Shown here: positions 11,640 to 23,000 of the stretch, piece by piece
Layout: each line of letters starts with the position of its first letter
How positions within the stretch are numbered: position 1 is the first letter of the stretch
Source of the DNA: Sminthopsis crassicaudata
Taxonomy: Eukaryota
DNA: 64,000 nucleotides
Assembly (NCBI RefSeq): GCF_048593235.1
Contig: NC_133619.1
Location: forward strand, 640,624,558 to 640,688,557
Direction of reading: 5' to 3'
The notes under the pieces: model-generated
What the model saw: only the letters and a program-made list of their open reading frames with translations
Database searches by the model: none
Told to the model about the DNA's origin: nothing
Position numbers and translations under genes: made by a program

Positions 11640-11850
11640 GTCTCCGGGATGTCCGATCCCTCTGACCCCATTGGGAGTTTCTTCGGCAAAGATGCTGAGA
11701 TGGTTTGTCCTTCCTTTTTCCAGCTTATTTACAGGTGAAACTAAGACAGAGTTAAGTGTTTTCCCATCACCCGGCTACTAGGTGTCTGAAACCAGATTTG
11801 AATTCAGGTCCTTCTGACAGAGCTATCCATGTGGCACCTCACTGCCCCTG
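11640..11850 (-). mobile_element. MAR1/MIR-type CORE-SINE
   Basis: ccattgggagtttcttcggcaaagatgctgagatggtttgtcc...ttacaggtgaaactaag...gtgtctgaaaccagatttgaattcagg; typical CORE-SINE minus-strand signature. Confidence 0.65.
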
Positions 11851-12327
11851 TTACACAAACTCTCGTTTACTGACAGCCACTGTGGACCCGAAAGGGACGC
11901 AAGGCCGGAGCTTTCTAAGTCCAAGGCTGGAACTTTCTAAGCCTGAGGCCGGAGTCCATGTCCAAGGCCCTAACTTTCCAAGCCCAAGACCAGAACTTTT
12001 CAAGCCCGAGGCCAGTCTTCTGCGCACATTACAGAGGCAGCTTCTGTACAGTGAGACACGGTCATGCTCTGGAGTATAATGAAGTAGGAAATGTCAGGAG
12101 AAATACCGTTCCCTTTACTGGGTTTCTCCTCACATACCTTCACCCTAAGTGTTACTTCTAAAGCCCTTTTACCAGAACCCAGGCTCTGTTTTCAGCCAAC
12201 TGGGATATCCTGGGATGTGCCTGGGAATGAGAGGCTTCAACTCTTGAGGATCAGCCTCTATGAGCTTCCAGAGGCTCATTACCAGATTTGCCACAGGGTG
12301 AAAATCATCCCCTAAAATGGAGGGGGT

Positions 12328-12483
12328 TAGGGGCAGATAGGTGGGTGCAGTGGATAGAGCACCAACCTGGAAATCAGAAGGATCTGAGTTCAAATCTGGC
12401 CTCAGACACTTAATATTTCCTAGCTCTGTGACCCTAAGCAAGTCACTTAACCCCAATTACCTCAGCAAAAAATAAAATAAAAT
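12328..12483 (+). mobile_element. WSINE1-like SINE
   Basis: gggcagataggtgggtgcagtggatagagcacc...ctgagttcaaatctggcctcagacactt...aaaaataaaataaaa. Confidence 0.8.
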
Positions 12484-14134
12484 AGAGGAGGTTGTCATCT
12501 GTACTGGTAGAGACAGCCCCACCAGGTACTCCTCAAGGTAATAAGAAACAGCTATTATTATTTTTCAATAATTCAATTCACTTCTCTTTCCATTCAACTA
12601 AGTTTTTAAGTACTTATTGTGCATCTTAGAGTATAGAGACAGAGACACGGAGACAGAGAAACAGGGAGAAAAGGAGGGAGGGAAGAGAGACAGAGACAGA
12701 GAGACAGAGACAGAGATAGAGACAGAGACAGAGGCAAAGAACGAGACAGAGAGACAGAGACAGAGACCCAGAGAGAGCGAATCTCTCTTGACCAGAGGGG
12801 CTGGAGAAGCCCGAAGGGGAGTGGTGAAAAGTGACACTGAGGGCAGGAAGATTTATCTCAGAGGCAGCTGGTTCGAGGTGACAGCTGGGGGAACAGCTGG
12901 GCTGGGAAGGGTGGTTGTTTTGAAAGGACTGGGGGAGTTTGTTAGCAGGAGGGATGGTGAGGTGATTCCATGGATGCTCCCTCTCAGCTCAGCTCCTCAC
13001 GCTCCCCTCTGCCCTAGGACCACCCTCATCGGCCCACTTCTTGAGGAGTCCCTCCAGAGAAAGCCCCTCTCCCCCGTTTTCTTCTCTGCATTGTTCCCCT
13101 GGGCTCCCATCACCCCTGAAGGATGTCTCTGATCCCCAGACTCACTGGGTGACCAGATTGTTCCCCAAGCCTCCACTTTCCCATCTACAAAATGGAGCCA
13201 ACAATGGCCCTACATACATCCCAGAACTATGTGAGGAGCTCATGAGGTCATGGACGTGCACTGGTGTGGTGGCCAGAATAATGTAAACCCTTATTATTAT
13301 CGTTAATGCTTCGATGGGAAGGATGCTGATGAGAGGACAGACTTTTGGCCTCAGGGTCCAGGGTGACCCAAAGGGGAATGACGTTTAGTGAATCACATGG
13401 TCTCAAAGCCTTAATGTCTTCACCTGTAAAATGGGACAATAGGATCCATGTTACAGCACTATTAGGAAGATCACTGGGATTATTTTGTAGCCTTGAAAGC
13501 AAAGTGACCAGGCTGGAGACTCCCCGATAACAGGCCTGGGTTTTTCAAACCAACTCAATGCAAGGAGTGGTGGTTAGTACGGCGGGGGCCTTTGCAGGGC
13601 TAAGCAGCCTGACGGGGCTCACAAGGAGAGCGTGTGAGTGACAGGACTCGGCTGAGGAGGGGGAGGCAGGAGGGATGAGGAAGGGATGTGTGCAGTTTGT
13701 TACAGACCAGGTGGGACTGAAGAGAGCAAGGAAAAAATAACCCTCTGGTGCCAGGAGGGAGCGGCTGCCCAGCCTGGAGCGGGCCCTCCCTCCACTTCCC
13801 ACCTTCTCCCCTACTTGGGGACCCCACGGGGCCTCGGGGAATGAATGGATGAAAACGTGTTTATGGCCTTGTGTGGGCGTGGAACACAAACGGGGTGCAG
13901 TCACGAGTGGGGGCCTAGACCACGGGACGTCAGAGCAGAGGGGACCTGGAACACGGGATGTAGACCTGAGCGGGCCTTAGAACATGGGGTGTAAACACAA
14001 GGGGGACCTGGAACGCGGGTGCCAGAGCCGGCCCTTTCTCGGCCCCTCCCCGCTGGGCGCCGCTCACGCCGCCCTCCCTCCTCGCCCCGAAGGTCACCAG
14101 CCTCCCCTCGTTGACACTTCCACCTTTCCCCGCG

Positions 14135-15526
14135 ATGGCGGCCCCGACGACCCAGGAGTCTAAGACCACCCTGACTCTGAGCCCGGAGAAGATGGCGTCC
14201 ATCGGCGAGGTGTTCCAGGGAGACAGCCTGTCGGCGACCTCCACCAAGCTGCGCTCCACCCTGCAGTCCCTGGAGAACGTGCGGCTGGACATCGCCGTGA
14301 CGGGAGGGGCGGGCTCGGGCAGGTCCACCTTCGTCAACTCGCTGCGGGGCCTGGGCGACGAGGACCTGGGCTCGGCGCAGACCGCGCTGGGCGGGACCAC
14401 GTCGGTGCCCACGCCGTACCCGCACCCCCAGTACCCCAACGTCATCCTCTGGGAGCTGCCCGACGTGGGGGCCGCCTCCCTGCAAGCCGAGCAGTACCTC
14501 GAGAAGGTCCTGTCCAGCCGCTACGACCTCTTCATCCTGCTCAGCGCCGAGCGCTTCAGCCCCGGCCACGCGCGCCTCGCCCGCGCCCTCCAGGCCCGGG
14601 AGAAGCCCTTCTACCTGGTCCGCTCCAAGGTGGACGTGGACGTGGCCGCCTCCCGCCAGCGCAGACCCAGCACCTTCTCTGAGGAGGGCGTGCTCATGGA
14701 CATCCGCGAAAACTGCCGTTCCTACCTGCAAGGTGAGGGCCGGGGCGCCGGAGGGCCGGACGCGTGGGGCGGGGGGCTCGGGGAGCGACGGGAGGGGCCG
14801 GGGGCTCGGGGAGCGACGGGAGGGGCCGAGGGCTCGGGAAGCGACGGGAGGGGCCGGGGGCTGGGGAGCGAAGGGAGGGGCCGGGGGCTCGGGGAGCGAC
14901 GGGAGGGGCCGGGGGCTCGGGGAGCGACGGGAGGGGCTGGGGGCTCGGGGAGCGACGGGAGGGGCCGGGGGCTGGGGAGCGACGGGAGGGGCTGGGGGCT
15001 CGGGGAGCGACGGGAGGGGCCCGGCACGCAGGGAGCGACGGGAGGGGCCGGGGACACGTGAGGGCCCAGGGATCATGATCCCAAAGCTGGGGGCGGCAAC
15101 CCCCCAACCTCTGCCTTCCGTGGGCACTCCTGGAGCCAGGGGAGCGAGCCCACAAGCACTCGGGACTGAGGCGGACCGGGTAGAAACCGCGCTGCAGACT
15201 CAGTGACAGATGGGCATCTGGGCCGGACCTGGACCCTCTAGGGACAGGGAACTCACTCCCTTCGTACCCCTAATATCAAATGGGCCCCCAAAGGGTCCGA
15301 ACAGGGACTCCAGCGGCCTTCAGCCGACCCTCCTTTAAAGGTCTCGGAGCTCTCCCTGGGAAGGATGTCCATATCCTTAATATCACAGAATATGAAATCC
15401 CAAGCCTGGAAATCCCCTGGGGGCTTATCAGTTCGAGTCATACATGAACAATGTATGAGCAATACTTCTCCCTGCCCTCAACTTTAGGCAAGTCATTCTA
15501 TTTCTCTGGACTGCAATTTCCTCATC

Positions 15527-15560
<34 letters not shown>

Positions 15561-18500
15561 CATTGAATTAAGAAGCCCCTAAGGGACCCCCTCATGGAGA
15601 CCTTTACTCCTCCACTCCCAGAAAAACAACCTTGACAAATGATCAAGCCTTTGCTTGAAGACTCATGGTGACAGAGAGCCTATTGTTTCTTTTCTTTTCT
15701 TTTCTTTTTTTTTTTGGCTGAGGCACTTGGGGTTAAGTGACTTGCCCAGGGTCACACAGGAAGTGTTAAGTGTCTGAGGGCAGATTTGAACTCGGGTCCC
15801 CCTGACTTCAGGGCTGGTGCTCACCCACTGAGTCATCTAGCTTTCCTCAAGGGAGCCCCTTTCACTTTTAAAGATCTCTTGACAGGATCCATCTCTGTGT
15901 TGAACCCACTCTTTATGTCTTCCATTCACTGACTCAGCTACAGATGAGAGAAAGGAAAAAAAAAGTCTTCAAAGGATCATGGGTTCATCACTTTGAAACT
16001 GAAAGAAAGGGCCCTCAAAGTCCATCTAAACCAGTCTCCTCATTGTACAGATAGAGAAACTGAGGTCTCCACAGGGCAAGAGATCTCATCTCTTTACAGC
16101 TTATGTAAAACAGCCAACATTTACATGGTGCTTAAAGCAAGGCTCACAACACATTTTAGAAATATTATTTCAGGGCAGCTAGGTGGGGCAGTGGATGGAG
16201 CACCAGCCCCGAAGTCAGGGGGACCTGAGTTTTAATCTTGCCTCAGACACTTAACACTTCCTAGCTGTGTGACCTTGGGCAAGTCACTTCACCCCAATTG
16301 TTGCAGCAGAAAAAAATTTTTATTCTTATGACAATCCTGGGAAGAAGGTGCTGCTGTTATTCCCATGTTGGAGACGGGGTGGGGGATGGTAAATTTTCCC
16401 GGGCAATATTATATTTTCGGTGCGCTCTGATTATTATTAGAAAATGCTTCCTTATATCACTAGGAAGTGGCCCTGGGTTTGCACATTATGTCTCCCATGG
16501 AGCAGTGCGGATTCCATAGGACAGCTCATGAGCCCCCATCGGTGTGTTTATTTTGTAAAAGCAGCCGGGGAGGCGACGGCTCCAAAGCAAAGACATTTGA
16601 TGAAGTAACATAGTGAGGAAAGTCCCCATGGACCCGGATCAGTCTCCCACCAGTTGCATCTGCAGTCGGGGGGGGGGGGGAGAGAAGATGCACAGACAAT
16701 ATGAGTGAGGCTGAACCCAGGCTGTCAGGGGCATGGAGATGGATTACTCCTGTAGCTAGGCAACGTGTGGAGCAGGGTAGCAAAGATAAGATGCTTTGTT
16801 AGCCGCCGCTCGCTACTGGCCTCTTGTGGCTGACCCGTGGCCAGCACCGGCTGCTAATGGGTAGACAGGGCCCCGGGAATTGTGGGAGTTTCTCTCACTG
16901 TCCCATTTCTGGCCTCAGCTGGAATCCTTAGTCGGGGGAAGAACATTTTTTCTTCCTGGGAAAAGTAAGTAGATGTCCTGTGTGACCCTGGGCAAGTCAC
17001 TTAACCCCAGTTGCCTCAGCAAAAATTAAAAAAAAAAAAAAAAAAAAGATGTCCTTGCATAAGACTTGCATAAACTCTTCTTGAGAAAAGCCCTTCCCAT
17101 TTCTCAGAATCTTCTGAGATTGTTCAACTGTGGTCATGCTGCCTGGGCCACACACGTAGGGTTCCTCCGAGTCAACTCTCTGTCCTCAGGCTTATCTCTG
17201 TTGAGTTTTTTTAATTTAGTGATCACTGAATCCTGTATCTCTGTTCCTTCATGTTTCGGGTCAGCAAATCCCACGTAAACTGTATTTCAGCCAACAATTG
17301 CTGTAGAAACTGACCCCCCCCACACTATTTACCAAGGCCTTTGGGGGTCTGGGGACACCATTCTGTCGGTTCCCAAAAAATATTCCCCTTCTCTTTGGAA
17401 GACGAGTGGATTTTCCGGTATTCCCGGTATTCCCGTGAGTTCCAAGCCTGAGTCCAAGCCTGCTGCTACAAGGCCGCCATATTGGACACAGCGCTCAGGC
17501 TCCAATCTAGTGATGGCTCAGTGAGGTCATGGGGGGGCAGTGAGGTCAGCAAGGTGGGGAGGGCCTCTCCGGCTGAAAGAAGAAACTGAGACGCAGAGAG
17601 GGTGGTCACTCACTGGGGCAGGCCTGAGAGGGGACTCCGGAGCCCTTCTCTCCCAAGCTTGTGGGTCCTCCCACAAATCCGTGGCTCTGAATTACAACAG
17701 GATCCCCAGAACGGAAATGCAAGAAGGGCACAGTCACTAGTGGAGATGGGGAAGGAGGAAGAGTCTGAGGGCAGAAAGGGCAAAGTGGGCCAAGCGTCTG
17801 GGCACCCGAGTCAGGCAGCAAAAGGGACCCTCAGCGCGGCCTAATGGTTCCTCCTGTGAAAAGGATTCTAGATGTGATCTGGAGAAACGTGGATGAGCAG
17901 GAGGAAGCACTAGCTACCCCAGTGGTTCAAGGATGGTCTGGTGGCTTCCCATTTTGACTTCTTTTTAACGAAGTACAGAGTTGTCAGTTTAGTAACTAGG
18001 AGTCTCCACACTGTAGCAGGAGAGCAAGTGTTCCATTTTTGTACCCTTTATATTTAAGTGCCCCGGGAAAAGCCCCCTTCACCCTGTCTTAGTTACAGCT
18101 CTGGTCAGAAGCCTTTACATGAGGGGGAAACAATTTGGAAAGGCCCCCTTCACCCTGCCTTAGTTACAGCTCTGGTCAGAAGCCTCGACAGGAAGGGGAA
18201 ACAACTTGCTAAGCAGCGCTGGGTTTTTATTTTTATTTTTTATTGTCCGGAGCTGGTTCAGACCTGGGGTTTCATCAGTGCAGGGAGTTTCCCGTGTGGA
18301 AACTTCCTCCGGAGAGACCAGTGGTTAGCTCCCCTTAATGCTCAGTCTGAGGGGGTTGCATGGGCCAGGTGGAAGCGGGAGAGCAGGTTCTGTTCTGTGC
18401 ACATCACTGCTTATGGACAAGGTGCTCTCGGTACAGCCAGGTGGGATGGAGGCCCCGCTTTCAGTGCCCGGAGACAGCTCCAGGGACAGAGAGAGTGTGA

Positions 18501-20034
18501 GATGGCAACGGCGAGGGCCGGAGAAAGTCCTCTGGGGACTGTGAGCAGGAGAGAAGTCGGAGCGCCCACTGTGGGCACGGGCATGGGGCCGGGGGAGAGC
18601 TCCACCAGGCAGGGGTTTGTGGACCATCAGGGGTGAGGAAGCGCTTAATTACCGAGGACAGAGGGTTGAATTTGAACTCGGGACTCTTAGCTTACAGAGC
18701 GAGAGTGATGGTTCTGTGTGCACCGGAGGGCAGAACCAGGAGCCGAAGGGGCAGAGAGGCGGATTTCAGCTGTATGCTGGGGGAAGGAGGGAGGACTCTG
18801 AGTCAGAGATCCTGGTTTCTAGGCCTTCTCTGCCTCGTGAATAAATCACAAATGTGAGGGGTCGTCGCCTCTGAGGTATTTTCTATTTTAAATCCAGGAT
18901 CCTGATAATAGCTCTCCTGATGTAGAATGTCTGTTCAGGTGGTGAGTTCCCCGCCATGGGAGGTATCCAAGGCGGGGGATCACTCATTCCCGGTTTTGGA
19001 GTTGTGTGCAGGTCAGGGCCTCCAAGATCCCTCCTGACTCCAGGACTTAGTGGTTCGGGAGAAGAAAAGCAGGTAGTGAGTGCCCCGTGCCAGCAGGTGG
19101 ATGGAGGCCCCGCTCAGGGATGAGTCCTCCTCCTCCCCTCTGAAGTTCCTGGCCAGGACTATGATTCTGGAACAGCGTTCCTGTCCCCCAGATTTGAGGA
19201 GTCCTGACTCTCAAATCGGGGTGCAGCAAGAGAGCACCTAGAGCATTCTGGGAGGCCTTCCGGGACAGGGGGCTGGAGGGCCCCCAAAGCTGGGCTTCCT
19301 GAGGGGGGGCTTTGGAGGTGCCCGAGCTCTGGCCCGAGGGCGCCCACAAGTCAGAGCCCGGGTACCTCGGCGCCCTGGGAGGGCCCAGGCAGACGCAGGG
19401 ACCCTTGTCTTCCTCAGCGGAGGGGGTCACCAAGCCCAAGGTCTTCCTGCTATCCACGTTCGCGCTGGACAGGTTTGACTTCCAGCTGCTCAGCGAGGTC
19501 ATAGTGAGGGACCTGGAGAGCTCCAAGCGCCACGCCTTCCTGCTGGCCCTGCCCAACGTGTCGGCCGCCATGCTGGACAAGAAGGCCGGCTCCATGCTCC
19601 AGCACATCTGGCTCGTGGCCACCGTGGCCTGCACCAACAACCCGCTGCCGGTGCCCGGGGTGCCCGAGGTGGCCTGCGACCTGGGCCTGCTCGTGCGGGC
19701 CCTGTCCGGCTACCGCCGCGGCCTGGGCCTGGAGGCGAGCAGCCTGCAACGGCTGGCCCAGCGCACCGGCGGCTCTCTGCAGGCCTTGCACAGCAGGGTG
19801 TGCGGCCCGCTGTGCGAGGCGAGCTCCCCGCAGGTGATCGACTTCCTGGGACGCGCCTGCGGGAGCACCGCGGCCACCTTCGCGCAGGAGCTGGCGTCCC
19901 TGCCCGTGCTGGGGGTCCTGGCCTCCTGCAGCTTCTCCTTCGCCACCGTCTACCAGATGCTCCGCGCCTACCTGGACAAGGCCACAGCGGAGGCCAAGAA
20001 AACCCTGAGCCAGGCCTTGCCCACGGGCCAGTGA
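14135..20034 (+). CDS. Second IRG-family (p47) GTPase paralogue, two coding exons, 404 aa, with degenerate catalytic motifs (G1 GGAGSGRS)
   Basis: Exon 14135-14732 (MAAPTTQESK...LDIAVTGGAGSGRSTFVNSLRGLGDED...PYPHPQYPNVILWELPDVG...RSKVDVD...IRENCRSYLQ) splices phase 1 (CAAG|gtgagg ... ttcctcag|CG) to exon 19418-20034 (AEGVTKPKVFLLS...RHAFLLALPNVS...PVPG...GLEASSLQRLA...SFSFATVYQML...). 598+617=1215 nt with no internal stop; colinear with the neighbouring IRGC. Confidence 0.9.
14771..15055. repeat. G-rich minisatellite (about 28 nt unit) just downstream of the IRG paralogue 5' splice site
   Basis: gggggctcggggagcgacgggaggggcc, about 10 copies. Confidence 0.9.
15697..15845 (-). mobile_element. 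WSINE1-like SINE
   Basis: Poly-T then ggctgaggcacttggggttaagtgacttgcccagggtcacac...tttgaactc...ctggtgctc. Confidence 0.8.
16171..16313 (+). mobile_element. WSINE1-like SINE
   Basis: gggcagctaggtggggcagtggatggagcaccagccccgaagtcagggggacctgagttt...gcaagtcacttcacccc; a further 3' partial copy at about 16975-17047. Confidence 0.8.
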
Positions 20035-23000
20035 GCCGGGGAGCGGCCGGGAATCCCCCTTGTGCTGCCCCGGGCCCGGGAGCAGCCCCTGCCAGCTGCA
20101 TGGGAGTGGGCCGGGAGGGACAGGAGGACCAAGAAACTCTCACCTCCAGAAACCCGGCTTTGTGGTTCTTTGTGTCCCGTCTCACCACACTCAGCAGGCA
20201 GGGTCACTGGTCACCGCTCACCAGTCAGCAAACATTAATCCCCTGCTGGAACAGCGTTCCGTCCCCCAGGACTCTGGGCAACAATGTTCAGAGGGGCCTT
20301 GAGTTTGCGGGTCTGGAGGGAGACAGTAACCCAGCTTTTCTTTCTGAGCCTGAGGAAGCTTTCCTGGGCCAGGGCTTCCTGCAGAGAAACTGCCTCCCGT
20401 GGGACAGTGACCTCCCCTTGCACGGCCTTAGAGGGTCTAAGGGGCACGTGGAGGTTGGAGGCCCAGAACAGGCTTGAATCCTGGGCCTTCCTGACCCAGG
20501 AACTGTCCAAAGCCCCCCCAGGGTCTCCCGGGGAGATGTCGCTACATTGCTCTTGGCTACCAAAGGCCTGGGGCCCACGCACTCACCTTTAGTCTTCTCC
20601 ACATGGGGTTCTCCCTAATAGAATAAGGGGTCCCGAGAGTAAGTAGGAACCAAACCCTTCCCTGAGTGAGCCCGCCTGGCAAAGGATCATTGCATCCCTG
20701 CTTGTGACCTCCCAAGAGGGCACCCCTCACTCACCAGCTTCACAATCTCTGTCTCTCTGTCTCTTTGTCTCTGTCTCTCTGTTTCTCTCTGTCTCTGTCT
20801 CTGTGTGTCTGACACACAATTCCACAGGTTTTCCCAGTTGTAATAGCGCTGCCCTCCCCATGTAGCCCAAGCCTCCACCTGCCCCCCAAGTCCCTCTGAA
20901 AGACCCCGGACAGTGTATTTTTCCAGGTCACTTTTTTAGGGGATTTTCCCTCTCAGCATCCTAGTGTTTCAGAGCCAGGAGTCTCAGAAGGAATTGTCAC
21001 ATGGATTCCGGACCGGGAATTCCCTCCCGACCCTTCAGCCTGTTCTCACTCTCAGACAGTGACTTTACCCAGCACCCACTGTGCGCCAGGCCCCGTACCG
21101 CACTCTGGGCCGGAAGGCCGCCCTGACCCCGGAGGATGACCGGCGCAGAAGCCTTTCTTGGGTCAGCCTGGCTTCTGGCCTTGTTCCCACTCCTCGCTTC
21201 CCGTTTTGTGCTCTGGGACCCAGGCTGGATAGTGCCCGAAGCCATCGGGGCAGCCTAACCCTAAACTTTAAGCCTTGGAGCTGGGATTGGCCGTCTTGTT
21301 GCCAAGGGAGATGGGAGGGTCTTACTTGGGGGTCACAGAAGCAGAAATGGGGAGATGGCTTTCACCCTCCCCCCCCAGCTCAGCCAGTGCCCCCACAGCA
21401 GAAGGCAGGCCTGAGCTGGCTGGAGAGAGATGGGACAGGCGGCCTTGGAAAGGGCACACTGCCCCAGGGGGCTCTGGGATGGATCAGGGATGGGCATTCA
21501 GGAGCAATAAAAGAGGGGGGTGGATCATGCAAAGCCACGTTTGTGTGACGTCGGGCAAATCACTTGTCTCAGGGCTTCGGCAATGCAAGATGTGGGGGTG
21601 GGGCGGGAGGAGGGCTGAACTGGGGGGTCTCCAAGGCCTGGAACTCATAAAGATCCATAGACCCATGCCAGAATTCTCACCCAAGGCCATGGAGTCCAAC
21701 CATCTCATTTTACACACAGGGAAACTGAGGCCCAGAGGGAAAACAATTTGGCCAAGATATTGGGACAGGCTGGCGATGGGAAGGAGGATGGCACCCCCCA
21801 GAAGTGGGGGTGCTGGGAGGGCCGGGCCCAGAGGCAAAGCTGCTGAGCTTGCAATGCCAATGGAAGTCCGGGGGAGCTGTCCAGCGGGCAGCCAGAGGCT
21901 CCGGGAGCCCAGAGTTTTCTGTGGAGAGAAGAAAGCAGAATCCCTGGGAGCAAATGAGATCTCTGACCTGAGACTGGGTCATTGCAGAGGGAGGGGAAGG
22001 TTCCAGTAAGGAGCCTGAGATGGGGAGGGGCCAGGATTGAGGGGGACCAGGAAGGGGGGAGGGCAGTGTATAAGAGAGAAGGAACACTGAAAAAGGCCCC
22101 GGCCTTAGTGGTTGGGGCTCAGAGGTGAAAAGTGAAATCCAGACTTGGGAGTTGGAAAGTGAGTGGAGAGGAGGAGGAGGATGGAAGAGGGAGGGAAGGG
22201 GGAGAGAAACAAAGGAGAGAGGCAGGGAGGGAGGGAGAGGAAGGGAGGGAGAGGGAGGGGAGAGAGAATGAACATGGAGAAGCGGGGCAGAGAGGGAGGG
22301 AAAGGGAAGGAGGAGGAGGGAGGGCATGGAGAGAAAGGAGGGAGGGTGGGAGAAGAGTCTAGGGGGCTTGAGTGGTCTCCCAGCACGGTTTGGTAAGATC
22401 TGATGTGTTGTAGTCCCTGAGAAGTCTACGCCCCTCTTCCTGGGCCCCCCAGGGTCACAGAGAAGGCCTCCAAGTTCCCAAGTTCAGCTTCACCTGCAGA
22501 ATGCCGCCTCCCATCATCCTGCCTGCGTTTCAGCCCACCCGGAGGCCCCTTCCACTCTGGGGCGCTTGGTTAGGGGGAGTGACCGGCTCCCTTTTGGCGT
22601 TCTCCCTCCCGGCTCCTGGCCCAGCAGAGCCGGACTCCTTCCTCCTCCACACGCCGGTCCCAGGAACACTGAAGACTCACGTCTTCCCTTCAGACTCAAG
22701 ATCCCCAAGTTGGCCCGAGAAGTACAATTTCTACAGCCTGACCATGGAGCTTCCTGGGCTGCCTTCCGACTTCTGGTCCAGCTCTGACTGGGTGACCCTG
22801 TGGCAGCCAGCAGGTGCTCTCTGAAGTCCCAGACGTGGGGAACTCACTCCCTCCCCGACTTTAACGGCACAGAATTAGAAACTCCAGTGAAAAGGGACCT
22901 CAGAGACCAATTAAAGCCGGAGATAATGTGGATTAAGCAAAAATTGAGACCACGTTGGAGTGTGTGCAAAGCAGGAGGATATAAAGGCAGGAAAGCAATG

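Noticed and set aside
13901-15206. 408-aa minus ORF and other overlapping ORFs
   Set aside because: Antisense shadows of the GC3-rich IRG exon plus the 28-nt VNTR.
19312-19417. Stand-alone 240-aa gene starting at 19312
   Set aside because: IRG homology starts exactly at the acceptor 19417/19418; this is exon 2 of the paralogue, not a separate gene.
21001-21548. Short coding-looking ORFs downstream of the IRG paralogue (MDSGPGIP..., QAPYRTLGRK...)
   Set aside because: No recognisable family and no consistent splice structure.
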